Positions 22,962-24,000 of a DNA stretch of 24,000 nt are shown in pieces. The number at the start of each line of letters is the position of its first letter. Positions within the stretch are counted from its first letter, which is position 1. A program made the position numbers and the translations under genes. Source of the stretch: Agarivorans albus (GTDB lineage Bacteria; Pseudomonadota; Gammaproteobacteria; Enterobacterales; Celerinatantimonadaceae); assembly GCF_019670105.1 (NCBI RefSeq), contig NZ_AP023032.1:1148972-1172971 (forward strand). Direction: 5' to 3'. A model generated the notes under the pieces. The model was not told the DNA's origin. It worked only from the letters and a program-made list of their open reading frames with translations, and did not search any database.

Positions 22962-23597
22962 ATGTTTAAAAGAATAATTCCATTTGTCATTCTTATTTTC
23001 GTTAGTGCTTGTCAAACTACTCCAGAAGTTACACAAGAGTTTGATCTTGGAGATCCAAGTTCGATTTTGATTTTACCTGTAGTAAATCATAGCGTAGATG
23101 TAAATGCTCCACTGTCTGTATACAGCTCATTGCCAGTAATGTTAGCTGAGAAAGGTTATTACATATTTCCTATCAATACAGTTAAAACTATATTGGAGTA
23201 TGAAGGACTATACGAAGCAGAAGAGATCCATCAGTTACCTAGCAATACTATTGCTGAAATGTTTGATGCTGACAGTGTTTTGTATGTAACCATCAATCAG
23301 TGGGATACGACTTACTTGTTGCTTGCTAGCACCACCATTGTTGATATTTCCTATGAAATTAGAGGGCGTCAAGGAGAGGTTCTTTGGCAAGCTGATAAGC
23401 ATATGGAATATACACCACAAAACTCTTCTACAGGAAACGCTTTAGCTGACTTAATAGGTGCAGTTATTACGGCGAGCATAAATAGAGCCGCGCCTGATTA
23501 CATGCCTTTAACTCGAACCGCCAATTATCAGGTTTTTTATTCTGACGCAGCTACATACTTACCTAGTGGTCCCTATTTAGTTGATGTAGCAAAGTAG
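22962..23597 (+). CDS. DUF799 (GNA1162-like) lipoprotein
   Basis: Lipobox IFVSAC with Gln at +2. The start is 1 nt after the upstream stop. SILILPVVNHSVDVNAP...LAEKGYYIFPI...MFDADSVLYVTINQWDTTYLLLASTTIVDISYEI...GEVLWQ...YLPSGPY matches the DUF799/COG4380 pattern. Confidence 0.7.
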   Translation: MFKRIIPFVILIFVSACQTTPEVTQEFDLGDPSSILILPVVNHSVDVNAPLSVYSSLPVMLAEKGYYIFPINTVKTILEYEGLYEAEEIHQLPSNTIAEMFDADSVLYVTINQWDTTYLLLASTTIVDISYEIRGRQGEVLWQADKHMEYTPQNSSTGNALADLIGAVITASINRAAPDYMPLTRTANYQVFYSDAATYLPSGPYLVDVAK

Positions 23598-23607
23598 TAT
23601 ATTTACA

Positions 23608-23650
23608 AGGTGTATAAGCGACTAGTTCGCTATACACCTAATATGAATTT
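23608..23650 (+). terminator. Terminator of the lipoprotein operon
   Basis: Stem AGGTGTATAAGCGA (23608-23621) pairs with TCGCTATACACCT (23627-23639): 13 bp with a 1-nt bulge and loop CTAGT. A short T-run (GAATTTTT) follows. Confidence 0.65.
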
Positions 23651-23729
23651 TTAAAAAGTTATTTATATCAATGGTTTAATTTCTTCCTGATATATGCTCT
23701 AGCTTTTGTTCCCTACTCAAAGAACATCT

Positions 23730-24000
23730 ATGCAGTATCTATTGTCGACAACCCTATTGTGGGCTTTTTCTTTTAGTTTAATTGGCGTGTATTTAGCTGG
23801 CCAAGTAGACGCGTGGTTTTCGGTGTTAATGAGAGTTGCACTGGCAACACTGGTCTTTCTACCGTTTTTGAAACCTAAACAAGTTAGCCGAAGCTTAGCT
23901 TTAAAACTAATGTTGGTGGGAGCTATTCAACTAGGTTGCATGTATGGCTTTTATTATCAGTCATTCTTGTTCTTGTCGGTTCCTGAAGTATTGCTGTTTA
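23730..24000 (+). CDS. EamA/DMT-superfamily transporter, N-terminal part (runs off the right edge)
   Basis: This ORF is not in the supplied track because it has no stop inside the window. From ATG 23730 there are 90 open codons: MQYLLSTTLLWAFSFSLIGVYLAGQVDAWFSVLMRVALATLVFLPFLKPK...LVGAIQLGCMYGFYYQSFLFLS. The hydrophobic helices and the WAFSF/R..LA.L.F.PF pattern are typical of EamA repeats. The RBS is weak. Confidence 0.55.
   Translation, partial: MQYLLSTTLLWAFSFSLIGVYLAGQVDAWFSVLMRVALATLVFLPFLKPKQVSRSLALKLMLVGAIQLGCMYGFYYQSFLFLSVPEVLLF

Overview
This looks like a chromosomal segment from a marine gammaproteobacterium (Alteromonadales/Vibrionales-like). That assignment is inferred from gene content and protein similarity only. 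About 20 protein genes can be supported. I saw no rRNA, tRNA, CRISPR array, or transposase, integrase or phage ORFs.

Left to right:
- Radical-SAM gene, 3' part only.
- Crotonase-family enzyme.
- DUF465 small protein, with a possible frameshift at its 5' end.
- SMP-30/gluconolactonase-like gene (minus strand).
- Secreted AGE-superfamily (alpha/alpha)6 protein (minus strand).
- rsgA (minus strand), preceded by an attenuator-like leader.
- Pirin.
- Two tandemly duplicated secreted multidomain GH8 glycoside hydrolases (xylanase/Rex clade). Their promoter/operator regions are also duplicated, but their C-terminal binding modules differ.
- A 1797-aa hybrid sensor kinase with three periplasmic SBP_bac_3 (Venus-flytrap) domains.
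- A 269-bp MITE-like palindromic element.
- Small secreted protein.
- HAD-IIA hydrolase (minus strand).
- YjbR/MmcQ-like protein.
- A translationally coupled operon of four outer-membrane lipoproteins (CsgG-like, PEGA-like, DUF4810-like, DUF799/GNA1162-like).
- The start of an EamA/DMT transporter gene.

The best candidates for undescribed biology are:
- the four-lipoprotein operon, whose function is unknown;
- the putative leader-peptide attenuator upstream of rsgA;
- the GH8 duplication, with a thrice-used unassigned module and paired LacI-type operators;
- the triple-VFT sensor kinase;
- the MITE-like element.

All family assignments come from motif recognition by eye. No searches were run.
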